Sequence record: NC_047884.1
Direction: 5' to 3' (one strand)
DNA from: Escherichia phage saus132
DNA length: 64,000 nt
Part shown: positions 37,688 through 46,620 of the stretch, piece after piece
How positions within the stretch are numbered: the first letter of the stretch is position 1
How the letters are laid out: every line of letters starts with the position of its first letter
Position numbers and translations under genes: made by a program
The notes under the pieces: generated by a model
What the model was told of the DNA's origin: nothing
Seen by the model: the letters and a program-made list of their open reading frames with translations, nothing else
Databases searched by the model: none

Positions 37688-38041
37688 TTAGCGAATCTCT
37701 AAACCCTGGAAATATCGAGGGAATGGAGAGCCAACTTCAAAATTGATGCCCCAGTTAAGTTCAACGAGTTCAGATTTATTAAGATCTAGGCCATTACCTT
37801 CAAAGATATAGCCGTAAACCGCAGGGAACATAGCTGCTAGATCTTCCATATCGGAATGAGCATTGTGTTCTTCACGTAACTGCTCAAACTCTTCAAAGAA
37901 CTTTTCTAGGAAGAACTCAGGTACGATGAACGTTACCACATCAGTAGAATCATCAGTACGATACACCGTAGCTTGGAACAAGCCAACACCTAAAAGGTTT
38001 ATTGCCGGAGTAGTAAAAATATCCATCTTAACCTCGCTCAA
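37688..38041 (-). CDS. hypothetical protein
   Basis: 117-aa ORF. Confidence 0.5.
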   Translation of the reverse strand: MSEVKMDIFTTPAINLLGVGLFQATVYRTDDSTDVVTFIVPEFFLEKFFEEFEQLREEHNAHSDMEDLAAMFPAVYGYIFEGNGLDLNKSELVELNWGINFEVGSPFPRYFQGLEIR

Positions 38042-38213
38042 TGTCTAGAGAAATACCACATTCAGGATTAATACCAGAACCATTACAATATGTACAAACG
38101 TATGTATTATACCGTGTATCACCGGGTTCAGCATCGTTCCACTCACCTACTCCGAAGCATTTTGGGCAGGCACACTCTTCTAGCTCTTGCTTGAGTTCTT
38201 GAAATTTGGACAT
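38028..38213 (-). CDS. small zinc-finger protein
   Basis: 61 aa; CPKCFGVGEW and CTYCNGSG motifs. Confidence 0.4.
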   Translation of the reverse strand: MSKFQELKQELEECACPKCFGVGEWNDAEPGDTRYNTYVCTYCNGSGINPECGISLDIERG

Positions 38214-38221
38214 ATAGTCTC

Positions 38222-38410
38222 CTAGTTAATTACTTTTGAGGCTTCTAAAGCATTGACGTAGTAAACGTCTTCTACTTTATACATATAGTCTACTACTTTG
38301 TCCATAGCATGTAGTTCAGATGTAGCCTTTACTAGTCTGTACCCTTGTTTAAACTCGTCCGAATGTTCTCTATCTTGTGCAAATTTAACAGAAACTATGA
38401 ATAATTCCAT
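38222..38410 (-). CDS. hypothetical small protein
   Basis: 62-aa ORF. Confidence 0.4.
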   Translation of the reverse strand: MELFIVSVKFAQDREHSDEFKQGYRLVKATSELHAMDKVVDYMYKVEDVYYVNALEASKVIN

Positions 38411-38429
38411 TAGTTGTCCTTATTTAATT

Positions 38430-38507
38430 TGGTGGCTCCCGGAGGATTCGAACCTACCTACCTTTCGCTTATGAGGCGACGGCTCATACCAAATGAGCTT
38501 GAGAACC
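38430..38507 (-). tRNA. tRNA-Met-type (anticodon CAU), third CAU copy
   Basis: T-loop TTCGAAT; anticodon arm GTCGC-CTCATAA-GCGAA; CCA encoded. Confidence 0.5.
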
Positions 38508-38512
38508 AAATT

Positions 38513-38606
38513 TGGAGGAAGATGCCAGATTCGAACTGGCACACCGTGTCTCCACAGCTACTGGCTGTTTAGCAAACAGCTCCCTTACCTTTAGGGTTAA
38601 TCTTCC
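38513..38606 (-). tRNA. tRNA-Ser (anticodon GCU), long variable arm
   Basis: 94 nt; perfect acceptor GGAAGAT/ATCTTCC; anticodon arm GCTGT-TTGCTAA-ACAGC. Confidence 0.6.
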
Positions 38607-38626
38607 AAATTTATGAATATATTATA

Positions 38627-39028
38627 TTAGAAATTTAGCTTCATGGCAAGAAAATTTTTCAAGTTTTCTGTATTCATTTCATCTAAATCCATGAGGGAAG
38701 TAAACCCATTTAGTTTTTTAGCAAAATTCTCACCAGCAGAATCATTATCGCCTACGGCTACTACTTTAAAAGGTTGTAATTTTAGCTGCTTTAGCAATGC
38801 TTTGCTAGGGGAAGATCCTAGCATTGCTAGTGCGGGATATCCCGCGTTGTGTAGTGCCACAGCTTTAAATACAGATTCTGCAACTAATACTAGGTCTTCA
38901 TTACCTGTAAGAGTTTCTAAACCCCATAGACATTGAGTAGAAGAATGCGTAAAATATTTAGCTTCAGAAGGACATTTTCCATGACCTTTAGCTGCACTAG
39001 GGTTATATGTTTGATATCCACGTAACAT
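38627..39028 (-). CDS. Toprim-like small protein (possibly N-terminally disrupted)
   Basis: 133 aa; VVAVGDNDSAG acidic motif; short out-of-frame ATG ORF directly upstream. Confidence 0.35.
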   Translation of the reverse strand: MLRGYQTYNPSAAKGHGKCPSEAKYFTHSSTQCLWGLETLTGNEDLVLVAESVFKAVALHNAGYPALAMLGSSPSKALLKQLKLQPFKVVAVGDNDSAGENFAKKLNGFTSLMDLDEMNTENLKNFLAMKLNF

Positions 39029-39213
39029 GCCAGAGAAATCATACAGTGGAACTGTTAACCATCCATGTGGAGAGAGCCAACAGTGATACTTATCACTATC
39101 AAAGCCCCTAGATTAAAGATGTTGTTTTAACTCGTCAACAGTCATATATGACTCCTATCTATAATTTATAGAATATATTATATAGAAAATTTCGGCATTA
39201 AGCAAGTGAAATT

Positions 39214-39510
39214 TTACTGAACACTGCACTGATACACTTGTTTGATACGTGTCACTGACTTCTTAGTTGGATTGATAGAAGAACCTTGCCACCAACGTGA
39301 TTCTGAGCTGAGAACAGCACCAGGAACAGCTTGTTCTTTTGGCAGAACAATATCAAAACATTGCTCACCCATATTATCTTTAATGTGTGACCAAATATCC
39401 AAAGTAAATCGTTCTAGCTTATTACAAACTTGAACTTGACAAAGTTCCTGTTGTGGAGCAGCAAATACAGAAGTAGATACTAGAGTCAATGCAAGTACAA
39501 TGCGTTTCAT
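39214..39510 (-). CDS. secreted protein with signal peptide
   Basis: start set at ATG after GAGAGG RBS; MKRIVLALTLVSTSVFAAPQ signal sequence. Confidence 0.5.
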   Translation of the reverse strand: MKRIVLALTLVSTSVFAAPQQELCQVQVCNKLERFTLDIWSHIKDNMGEQCFDIVLPKEQAVPGAVLSSESRWWQGSSINPTKKSVTRIKQVYQCSVQ

Positions 39511-39540
39511 ATTTGATTCCTCTCTCAAATTTATAAATAT

Positions 39541-39569
39541 ATTATACAGAAATTTTCTATATTAAGCAA
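39541..39569 (-). promoter_or_regulatory. T5-type early promoter
   Basis: TATAAT 39541-39546, TTGCTT 39564-39569, 17-bp spacer, conserved leader. Confidence 0.6.
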
Positions 39570-39616
39570 GTGAAAATTTCTGTATAATAGCCCTCTAAGC
39601 GAGGGCTATAACTACT

Positions 39617-40309
39617 TTATTTGTTAACGCGTACAAAGTATCCTTTATAGGCTCCCATAATAGAGTTACCTAAGAATACTAGCCACATTGCTAGGATTGC
39701 ATAAGATGCACCTGTAGATTGAGCAGTTACAAGCCAAATGTATACAGTACCAATGTTAATAGCAATCCAGATCAGCCATTGTTCAGCATATTGTTTGACC
39801 ATAAGCCACATAGCAATCACACTACCAACCGCAGTAAATGCGTCAAGCATTGGGAATGGATCAGCGGTAGTAGCAAGGAAGCTGCCGTAACCTAAAGTAG
39901 CTACTGCTAGAATCCCTAGAGTCAGCAGAGCTTGGGCTTTAGTCAGAACCTTAGTTGGAACATCTGGCAGATTACTTGGCTTATTTTTATGCCATAAGTA
40001 CATTCCATAAAACTGCATAGGAACGTAGTATAGCAGGTTTAGTGCAGCGTTACCATAAAGATCTGCGTTTAAAGCTGTAATACCATATGTAAGAACACCC
40101 ACTAAGCCCCAAATATAGTTGGAAACACGTCCTTTTGCAACCAGAATAACACAAACCACATTGGTTATTGCAGTAGCCCAATCTAGAGCTGTACCATTAT
40201 AGTTTGCTAAACTAATGAAGACAACCGCTATGAACAGCCACAGATATTCCAGAGGTTTCCAGTTTTTAAAGTCATTTACGAGATAGTTAGTCATATTAAA
40301 ACTCTCCAA
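39617..40309 (-). CDS. pnuC: nicotinamide riboside transporter PnuC-like
   Basis: 230 aa polytopic membrane protein; SNYIWGLVGVLTYG and WHKN region resemble PnuC. Confidence 0.6.
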   Translation of the reverse strand: MESFNMTNYLVNDFKNWKPLEYLWLFIAVVFISLANYNGTALDWATAITNVVCVILVAKGRVSNYIWGLVGVLTYGITALNADLYGNAALNLLYYVPMQFYGMYLWHKNKPSNLPDVPTKVLTKAQALLTLGILAVATLGYGSFLATTADPFPMLDAFTAVGSVIAMWLMVKQYAEQWLIWIAINIGTVYIWLVTAQSTGASYAILAMWLVFLGNSIMGAYKGYFVRVNK

Positions 40310-41351
40310 CGTTAAAGTGATGAATCAGCCAGTCTACTGCGTTTACTGCTTCGTCCATACGAACTTTGTAGTCCGGGGAGTCGATGTAAACAGTACGCCC
40401 TTCAGGGAACTGATTTGGAAATTCTTTCTTCATCTGCTCGAACAGTTCAGAAGTAATTGAACGATCGGAGTTAATACGTAAACCATCATCTACCCACTTG
40501 ACAGTAGGCGCTAGAACAATTACTAAATCGTAATGTTCTTCTTTTGCAATTGCTGTAACCACAGGGTTCTTACTATGTTCATAAAGTCTGTGGTAGAACT
40601 CAGTAATAAAAGCATTTGTATCCACAAACATGATCTTATTTGCAGTACGTTCTGCTTCAAACTCTAGCTCTTTGTGTCTGAACGCAATTTTACTATAGTC
40701 TTCGCTGGTAAGCAGATTTTCGTTACCAACTAGATCAACTTCACAATACGTTCGGCCATATTCTTCTACCCACGAAGTGTTGTATAGCTTCGCAAGGTAT
40801 TTTGTTAAAGTAGTCTTTCCTGAGCTTTCAGTCCCAATGATTACAACCTTACGCACGTAATCTTTACGAACTACGCTAGGAAGAAACTCCCAATACTTCA
40901 TAAGATCATTACGAATCATTGTAGCTGAGATTGGAACACGAGTCCGATCAGAATCTACAATATAATGACCAAACTTCGGCAGATATTTCTTATATTCTGC
41001 ATCATAGTCTAGTTCGCTAGAGAAAATGGTGATCTCAGGCAAATGTCCGTAATTTTCATTAAGGATTCTAGCATATTCCGGCCAACCATTCGGATATTCA
41101 GGAATATCATCTTCAATAGTGTACTCTACCGAAATGTGCTCAATATCCGCGTAAGTTTGTTCTAACCAACGAAGTCGATTCTTTAACTGTAATACTTCCT
41201 GATCACGTGTGTTCTGCTTATCCAACCAACGATTATCATGACTAACTACAACAATAACTCGTTCACACATAGTTGCTGCTGTGTTTATTAGGTTAATATG
41301 ACCACGCGTTAATGGTGCGAACTTACCAATTACTAGACCAGTCTTAATCAT
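40296..41351 (-). CDS. nadR: NadR-like bifunctional NMN adenylyltransferase / ribosylnicotinamide kinase
   Basis: nucleotidyltransferase motif GKFAPLTRGH; Walker A GTESSGKTTL in C-terminal half; start set at ATG after GAGAGG RBS. Confidence 0.65.
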   Translation of the reverse strand: MIKTGLVIGKFAPLTRGHINLINTAATMCERVIVVVSHDNRWLDKQNTRDQEVLQLKNRLRWLEQTYADIEHISVEYTIEDDIPEYPNGWPEYARILNENYGHLPEITIFSSELDYDAEYKKYLPKFGHYIVDSDRTRVPISATMIRNDLMKYWEFLPSVVRKDYVRKVVIIGTESSGKTTLTKYLAKLYNTSWVEEYGRTYCEVDLVGNENLLTSEDYSKIAFRHKELEFEAERTANKIMFVDTNAFITEFYHRLYEHSKNPVVTAIAKEEHYDLVIVLAPTVKWVDDGLRINSDRSITSELFEQMKKEFPNQFPEGRTVYIDSPDYKVRMDEAVNAVDWLIHHFNVGEF

Positions 41352-41381
41352 ATTTGATTCCTCTCTCAAATTTATAAATAT

Positions 41382-41410
41382 ATTATACAGAGAATTTAGC
41401 ATTCAAGCAA
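41382..41410 (-). promoter_or_regulatory. T5-type early promoter
   Basis: TATAAT 41382-41387, TTGCTT 41405-41410, 17-bp spacer. Confidence 0.6.
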
Positions 41411-41623
41411 TCGAATTTTTTAACTTTTTAGTGGAAAAAATCTCAAGGCATTTAGTGGTAGCACGTTGTTGCTACAATAATAGTATATGATTCTAAAGAA
41501 TTAAAGAATTAAATACTAAAGACCTTAGTTGAATAACTTATGGGCTTTTCTTTTGCCTTAAATACAGAAAAGCCCGCGCTCTCGGAGGAAACGCGGGCTT
41601 ATTTCGAAGATTACGTGTAACTA

Positions 41624-42568
41624 TTACTTATTACGCATATCCATAATCATCTGGCCATCATAACCAGTACCTACAACAGTCTGAGGAACGCCACCCTGAT
41701 ATTTTTCAGCGCGTTTCATATCAACTTCCAGCTGTTTCCAGCGAATCATCTCTGGAGTGATGGTACGCTGCAGAGCGGTGTTAGCTTCAGCTTCTTTCTT
41801 AGCCGCATACAGTTTAGCATCTGCGTCACGTTCGTTAGCTACTGCCATATTTTCACGAGCAGAACGATCAGCCTCAGCTTGCTTAACTTTCTGCTGTGCT
41901 TCTTGTTCAACACGAGCTAGTTCAGCTTTTGCAGCGTTAACTTGTTCTTCACGAACTTTGGTGTTTTGTACCTGTTCCATGATTACCGGTGGCAGAGTAA
42001 TATCCTGAAGGAATACTTGCTTAACGGTGTAGCCATAAGGACGCGCATACTCTTCTACTTCTTGCTGAATAGCGGTTTGCAGTTGAGCCTGAATCTTAGC
42101 GTCGAACAGATCTTGTGCTTTTGGTACAGACTTACCAAACTCACGAATCGTAGACAGCATCTTCTCTTCAACGTACTTGTTCAGAGCTTGATCCTGAGTA
42201 CCTGCGTTAACACGGTTCATAGGAGCTTTAGCACCATCAAACTGCAACATAACGGTAATGTCAACTGTAGACTTAAACTTATCCTGGCTAGGAACCTGAA
42301 GTTTATCCAGTTTCATAGAAATATCTTTCGTACTAAAAGTATCAAAAGAGGCGAATGGGTTGACAATATGGAACCCCGGCAATACAGGATTAGGACTAAC
42401 TTTACCCAGGAAAGTCTGAGTTTTAACCGTACCGTCCTGAACAACTGTATAGGAATTGAGAGCCAGAATAAGAGCGCCAAGACCAACTACAGCACCAACA
42501 CCCCAACGTTTAATAGTACGAATTACTTTTTGATCGGAAGTCAGTTCTTTAGTGTTTTTAGTAAACAT
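41624..42568 (-). CDS. SPFH/band-7 (prohibitin/HflC-like) membrane protein
   Basis: 314 aa; N-terminal TM; FLQDITLPPVIMEQV motif and long coiled coil. Confidence 0.55.
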   Translation of the reverse strand: MFTKNTKELTSDQKVIRTIKRWGVGAVVGLGALILALNSYTVVQDGTVKTQTFLGKVSPNPVLPGFHIVNPFASFDTFSTKDISMKLDKLQVPSQDKFKSTVDITVMLQFDGAKAPMNRVNAGTQDQALNKYVEEKMLSTIREFGKSVPKAQDLFDAKIQAQLQTAIQQEVEEYARPYGYTVKQVFLQDITLPPVIMEQVQNTKVREEQVNAAKAELARVEQEAQQKVKQAEADRSARENMAVANERDADAKLYAAKKEAEANTALQRTITPEMIRWKQLEVDMKRAEKYQGGVPQTVVGTGYDGQMIMDMRNK

Positions 42569-42579
42569 ATATTTCCTTA

Positions 42580-42780
42580 TTATTTAGAAGAGTTAGCTAC
42601 TACAGTTACTTTAGTTGCAGAAATAAACAGGCTAGCATCCACAGCAAATTCAGGAGCTTTGATATCTCCGTTATGAAATATGACTATACCGGAGACTACT
42701 TCAAATGCTAGCGCTGTAACATCGGTGGTATTTACTTGTGAATGTTCACCTACTACTTTTACTATATATCGTGTTTTCAC
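42580..42780 (-). CDS. hypothetical small protein
   Basis: 66 aa, GTG start with AGGAAA RBS, downstream of SPFH gene. Confidence 0.4.
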   Translation of the reverse strand: MKTRYIVKVVGEHSQVNTTDVTALAFEVVSGIVIFHNGDIKAPEFAVDASLFISATKVTVVANSSK

Positions 42781-42806
42781 TTTATTTTCCTAGCAGTTAA
42801 TAAAAT

Positions 42807-42881
42807 TGGCCGAGGTGACAGGATTCGAACCTGCATAAAGGAATTTAGAAGACTCCTGCCTATCCCTTAGACTACACCCCG
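42807..42881 (-). tRNA. tRNA-Arg (anticodon UCU)
   Basis: T-arm GCAGG-TTCGAAT-CCTGT; anticodon arm GGAGT-CTTCTAA-ATTCC; CCA encoded. Confidence 0.6.
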
Positions 42882-43777
42882 TTTAGGTATTTTTAAGAAC
42901 TCTTATAAAAGCTCTTAAAGATACCCGACGGTAGGTAGGGTCAGCCCCCTCAGATTAAGCTCTGCAGCCCTTCCGTCAGACAATATCTTCCAGTTTAAGT
43001 CAGGGTGACTTTGTGGTTATGTTCTCCGTATGTGAAGAACTCGGTTAGGCTTAGGTCATGACTCCCAGCCTACTGCTGCCGCTCAACAGGAATTATCGCG
43101 AATTACCTGTACTATTGGGCACCATTAGTGACATCTCTCATGTCAGCGTTTCCCACTCTCATATTCACGCGGTCTGTTAGAATCGCACCTCCGATTTTCG
43201 ATGCGAAGCTGGATGCCTAGTCTCAGGTTAAACGGGGCACACACTAGGCAGTGATCCCGAGTTCCGAGTTTGGTTGAGGCCGTCAGGTTTCCTCGTGGTT
43301 TAGCTGTTTCGATTCTAACCTAATACTGATCAGGTGGCGTACCTCCTGAACTGTCATAGTATGTACTCCAGCAGCGAATGCTTATCCGGTATAAGCCCGA
43401 GTTATCTGATTCTTTCCGACCGCAGGATTCGAACCTGCATCTTCCACCAGTTACGGTTTGATATTACCGTTTATACTAGGACGGCAGTGTTATCACATAA
43501 GTCAGTTCGACACCCCACTAACATAAACTAGAGAAGAGTTTACGAGATTTCGGGACAGCTCCCGAGTTTTCCGCAGATTTTCAGTTCCCTATCAATAGCA
43601 ATAAGCGTTAGCTCGTAGCCTCTCTCAGAGTACTTACTAGTCTCCAACTCACCGACTCTATTCAGTGGAATAGCTATCCTAGTAGGAATCACTAAACTCA
43701 CTCAGCGTAATCGGCTCGCTGTTCTCTAATTTATGAATCTATTATACAGAATTTTGAGGCGTTTAGCAAATCAATTT

Positions 43778-44221
43778 TTAATTAAATTCGCCAGCAACCT
43801 GAGCAGCAATGCCACCGTCGTAACGACCAGGAAACTCTTCCTTAATCGCTTTCATCAGCATACCTTTTGTAATCCCAGGGTTCAACTTAACTAATTCTGC
43901 AAAGTATTTGCGAATCTCAGAATCAGATAACTGAGGCGGCAGATACTGTTGTAGCCATTTGTTCAGTATATACTCATACTGAGCAGACTGCAAGCTATAA
44001 TTATCAAGGTCTTGACCGTGAAGTTTAGCTTTCGTCTGATTAATGCTTTTCAGTTGAGCTTTTAGATAAGATACAAACTGTTCAGAAGTAATGAAGTCTT
44101 TATCAACACGCTGAAGATCTCCGATTATGGTCTGGTAGCTTTTAGCTACTTCTTTATCAGAACCATCAACCTTAGATTCCTGCAAAGCCCTACGCAAAAC
44201 ATCTAGAATATTCTCTTCCAT
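43778..44221 (-). CDS. GatB/YqeY-domain-like protein
   Basis: 147 aa; C-terminal MKAIKEEFPGRYDGGIAAQV resembles YqeY tail. Confidence 0.4.
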   Translation of the reverse strand: MEENILDVLRRALQESKVDGSDKEVAKSYQTIIGDLQRVDKDFITSEQFVSYLKAQLKSINQTKAKLHGQDLDNYSLQSAQYEYILNKWLQQYLPPQLSDSEIRKYFAELVKLNPGITKGMLMKAIKEEFPGRYDGGIAAQVAGEFN

Positions 44222-44391
44222 TATTTAATTCCCAGTGCTTGGTTAAAAGATTGTTCTGTCATAACTGCCGAGACTTTAGCGAAATCAAACTTCTTAGGGT
44301 TTGTAGTAATTTCAGCAACGTTAGTAGTTTTAACTGTTTTCGTAGTACGGATACCACGAGTATTAACACCAATAATTACAACTGATTTCAT
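44221..44391 (-). CDS. hypothetical small protein (56 aa)
   Basis: ATG ORF; TAATG overlap with downstream gene. Confidence 0.3.
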   Translation of the reverse strand: MKSVVIIGVNTRGIRTTKTVKTTNVAEITTNPKKFDFAKVSAVMTEQSFNQALGIK

Positions 44392-44459
44392 ATTTCGCTT
44401 CCTCTCATTAATTTATGAAAGTATTATACAGAAATTTAAGGCTTTAAGCAATCGAATTT

Positions 44460-44909
44460 TTAAGTTTTCTTAACCACAGGCTTGTAGAATGTATGGCCTT
44501 GAATCTTCGTTGTTTTCTTAAACTTCTTTGTCCAGTACGGTTTATCTTTACCACTATGGAAGTATAACGCTCCATGTGTTGGATCTTGTGGTAAATCAAC
44601 GTAGTATATCACTCTAGCTAAATTCTTAGCAACTTGCCAAGCCTCATCGGTTTTATCAACTTTTGGTCTCCTGGCCACCCAAGAGAACTGGTTAGACTGA
44701 TATACTACTTTACAGTAAGAATCAGGAAAAGTACCAGAGTTAACACGGTTTTTAGTAACCTGTGCAACTGCGATCATTCCTTTAGTGCCCTCACCTCGTG
44801 CTTCGAAGTAGATATTTTTTGCAATGCAATCAATCTGCTTTGAGTCGTAGGTCGCATGACTATTGAAGCTATAGGTTAGGGCAGCTATTAAAAGCAAAGC
44901 TGCCTTCAT
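44460..44909 (-). CDS. cell-wall hydrolase (SleB/Hydrolase_2-like) with signal peptide
   Basis: NIYFEARGE...GMIAVAQVTKNRV motif; start set to ATG after GGAG RBS. Confidence 0.5.
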   Translation of the reverse strand: MKAALLLIAALTYSFNSHATYDSKQIDCIAKNIYFEARGEGTKGMIAVAQVTKNRVNSGTFPDSYCKVVYQSNQFSWVARRPKVDKTDEAWQVAKNLARVIYYVDLPQDPTHGALYFHSGKDKPYWTKKFKKTTKIQGHTFYKPVVKKT

Positions 44910-44914
44910 TTTAT

Positions 44915-45232
44915 TTACTCCGGCCAATCGTACTCAATACGATTAGGGCTTTCTTGATACCCTTCGTCTAAGAGATCATTACGCATGGTCTCTTTAGCTA
45001 CTGGGTTCGAGGTTACTAGTACCACTTTCTTGGGTCTCTGACCAAATTCTAGGAGTAAACGAAGAATTTGATAACCTTCCATACCATCTACAGCCAGATC
45101 GTTATCCATATAAACGAAATGACCTGTGGTATCGGTTTTATTCAGAAACTCAACAGCGGCTTCGGGGGTTCGAATGATAATGTCCATTCCATGAAGGTTA
45201 CGCACATCATCAATCAGAATATGAAAAATCAT
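44915..45232 (-). CDS. hypothetical protein
   Basis: 105-aa ORF. Confidence 0.45.
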   Translation of the reverse strand: MIFHILIDDVRNLHGMDIIIRTPEAAVEFLNKTDTTGHFVYMDNDLAVDGMEGYQILRLLLEFGQRPKKVVLVTSNPVAKETMRNDLLDEGYQESPNRIEYDWPE

Positions 45233-45675
45233 AATAGCCTCGTCTCATCAATTTAAAAATATATTATACAGAAAACTAAACTAATTAGCAAATACATTTT
45301 TAAATTGAGAGACTAGTAAACCGATAAACAGCCTAGAGGCGCCACAGGCCATATCTTATGAGCCATGTACCTTTGATCTAGGGTTTGAATCATCAACGAA
45401 TACTTTGCATCTTTTAGCTTTAGAAGGTTAGAAGTTTGAGTGCTTTTAACTTTTCAGCTTTCATACTTGAGCGTTGATCTTTGAAGTTGTGTTGGTACTA
45501 CCAACGACCTTTTGTTTTTACGTGTCAGATTAAATGTCTGATGTAATAAACATAATCTCCAATAGATTATACTTTATAGTATGGTCAGCGGTCTTATTTA
45601 ACCTCGTATTTCAACCGCTGCTGCGAGGTAAGATGCTTGGGCTTTCGTCTACCGATTTACTAGTCTTTTAAATTA

Positions 45676-46314
45676 TTACTCTACTTCGATAAAAGTAGAG
45701 GCGTTGGACTCAGACAGAACAAAGTCAACGTTAGTTGCAAAGTCCTGGTATTCTTCGTCGTGTTGCTTGATCAGCTTTTCCAGCTCCAGCGGATCGATCA
45801 GGAACGGAGTGTTCTTGAGTTCCAGCAGGTTAAGCTGCATCTTAACTTCATCCTCGGAAGTCTTCTTGTCGCGGGTAGCCATGGTATCCTGCAAACGCTC
45901 ATACTTGGCATCAAACTGAGCCTTCTGAGTGTTAAACTTAACAGTAGCAGCATGGAACTGCTTACGCATGTTAGCCAGCAACTGAGCCTTGAGTTCCATA
46001 GAACGCTTAGCTTCGATTGCTTCCGCAACAGTCATAGAGCGAGAGCCGATCTCTACAACAGTTTCAGCATTGCTCTTGATCAGCGCAGCTTTCAGACGAT
46101 CACGCTGGGACATCATATCCAGCAGAGACTGGAAATCAGTCTTAATACGAGTAGACAGAGCATCTACTTCGATTGCAGCGCCAACTACAACTTGGTTCTT
46201 GTCCTTACCTTCACCAACAGCAATCAAAAGCTGTTGTTCAGTAGCTTTACGGATTTTAGCTTCCAGAGACTTGATAGTTGCCAGAGCACGAGTTTTAGAG
46301 ATACGAGTAGTCAT
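45676..46314 (-). CDS. coiled-coil protein, GC-rich gene
   Basis: 212 aa; AAGGAAG RBS; codon usage markedly more GC-rich than neighbours. Confidence 0.5.
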   Translation of the reverse strand: MTTRISKTRALATIKSLEAKIRKATEQQLLIAVGEGKDKNQVVVGAAIEVDALSTRIKTDFQSLLDMMSQRDRLKAALIKSNAETVVEIGSRSMTVAEAIEAKRSMELKAQLLANMRKQFHAATVKFNTQKAQFDAKYERLQDTMATRDKKTSEDEVKMQLNLLELKNTPFLIDPLELEKLIKQHDEEYQDFATNVDFVLSESNASTFIEVE

Positions 46315-46367
46315 TATTTGCTTCCTTATATGAAGTTTGAGATTTGAATTTGTTTTAAAATGGTCTA

Positions 46368-46550
46368 TTACAGACCGATTGCCAGCAGAGTGCGCAGAAC
46401 AGTATCAGAACTGTTATCAATATTCGGATTAGCGCGATTCAGCACGTTAAAGATTTTCTGGATGCCGGACTGACGCTCAGCCATACGACGCAGACCCAGG
46501 TTACGTTTTGCTACTTTACCATTTTTACGGACGTTTTTAGATACTGGCAT
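46368..46550 (-). CDS. hypothetical small basic protein
   Basis: 60-aa ORF. Confidence 0.35.
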   Translation of the reverse strand: MPVSKNVRKNGKVAKRNLGLRRMAERQSGIQKIFNVLNRANPNIDNSSDTVLRTLLAIGL

Positions 46551-46620
46551 AATTATTTTCCTTTTGTTGTTCTCTCAAATTTATGAATATATTATACAGA
46601 ATTTTGGAGCTGAAAGCAAA

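Noticed and set aside
520-46347. Antisense plus-strand ORFs inside minus-strand genes (for example 520-738, 1653-1880, 3691-4092, 41942-42676, 45760-46347, 47860-48432)
   Set aside because: Each lies wholly within a longer, RBS-supported gene on the opposite strand that has recognisable motifs or operon context.
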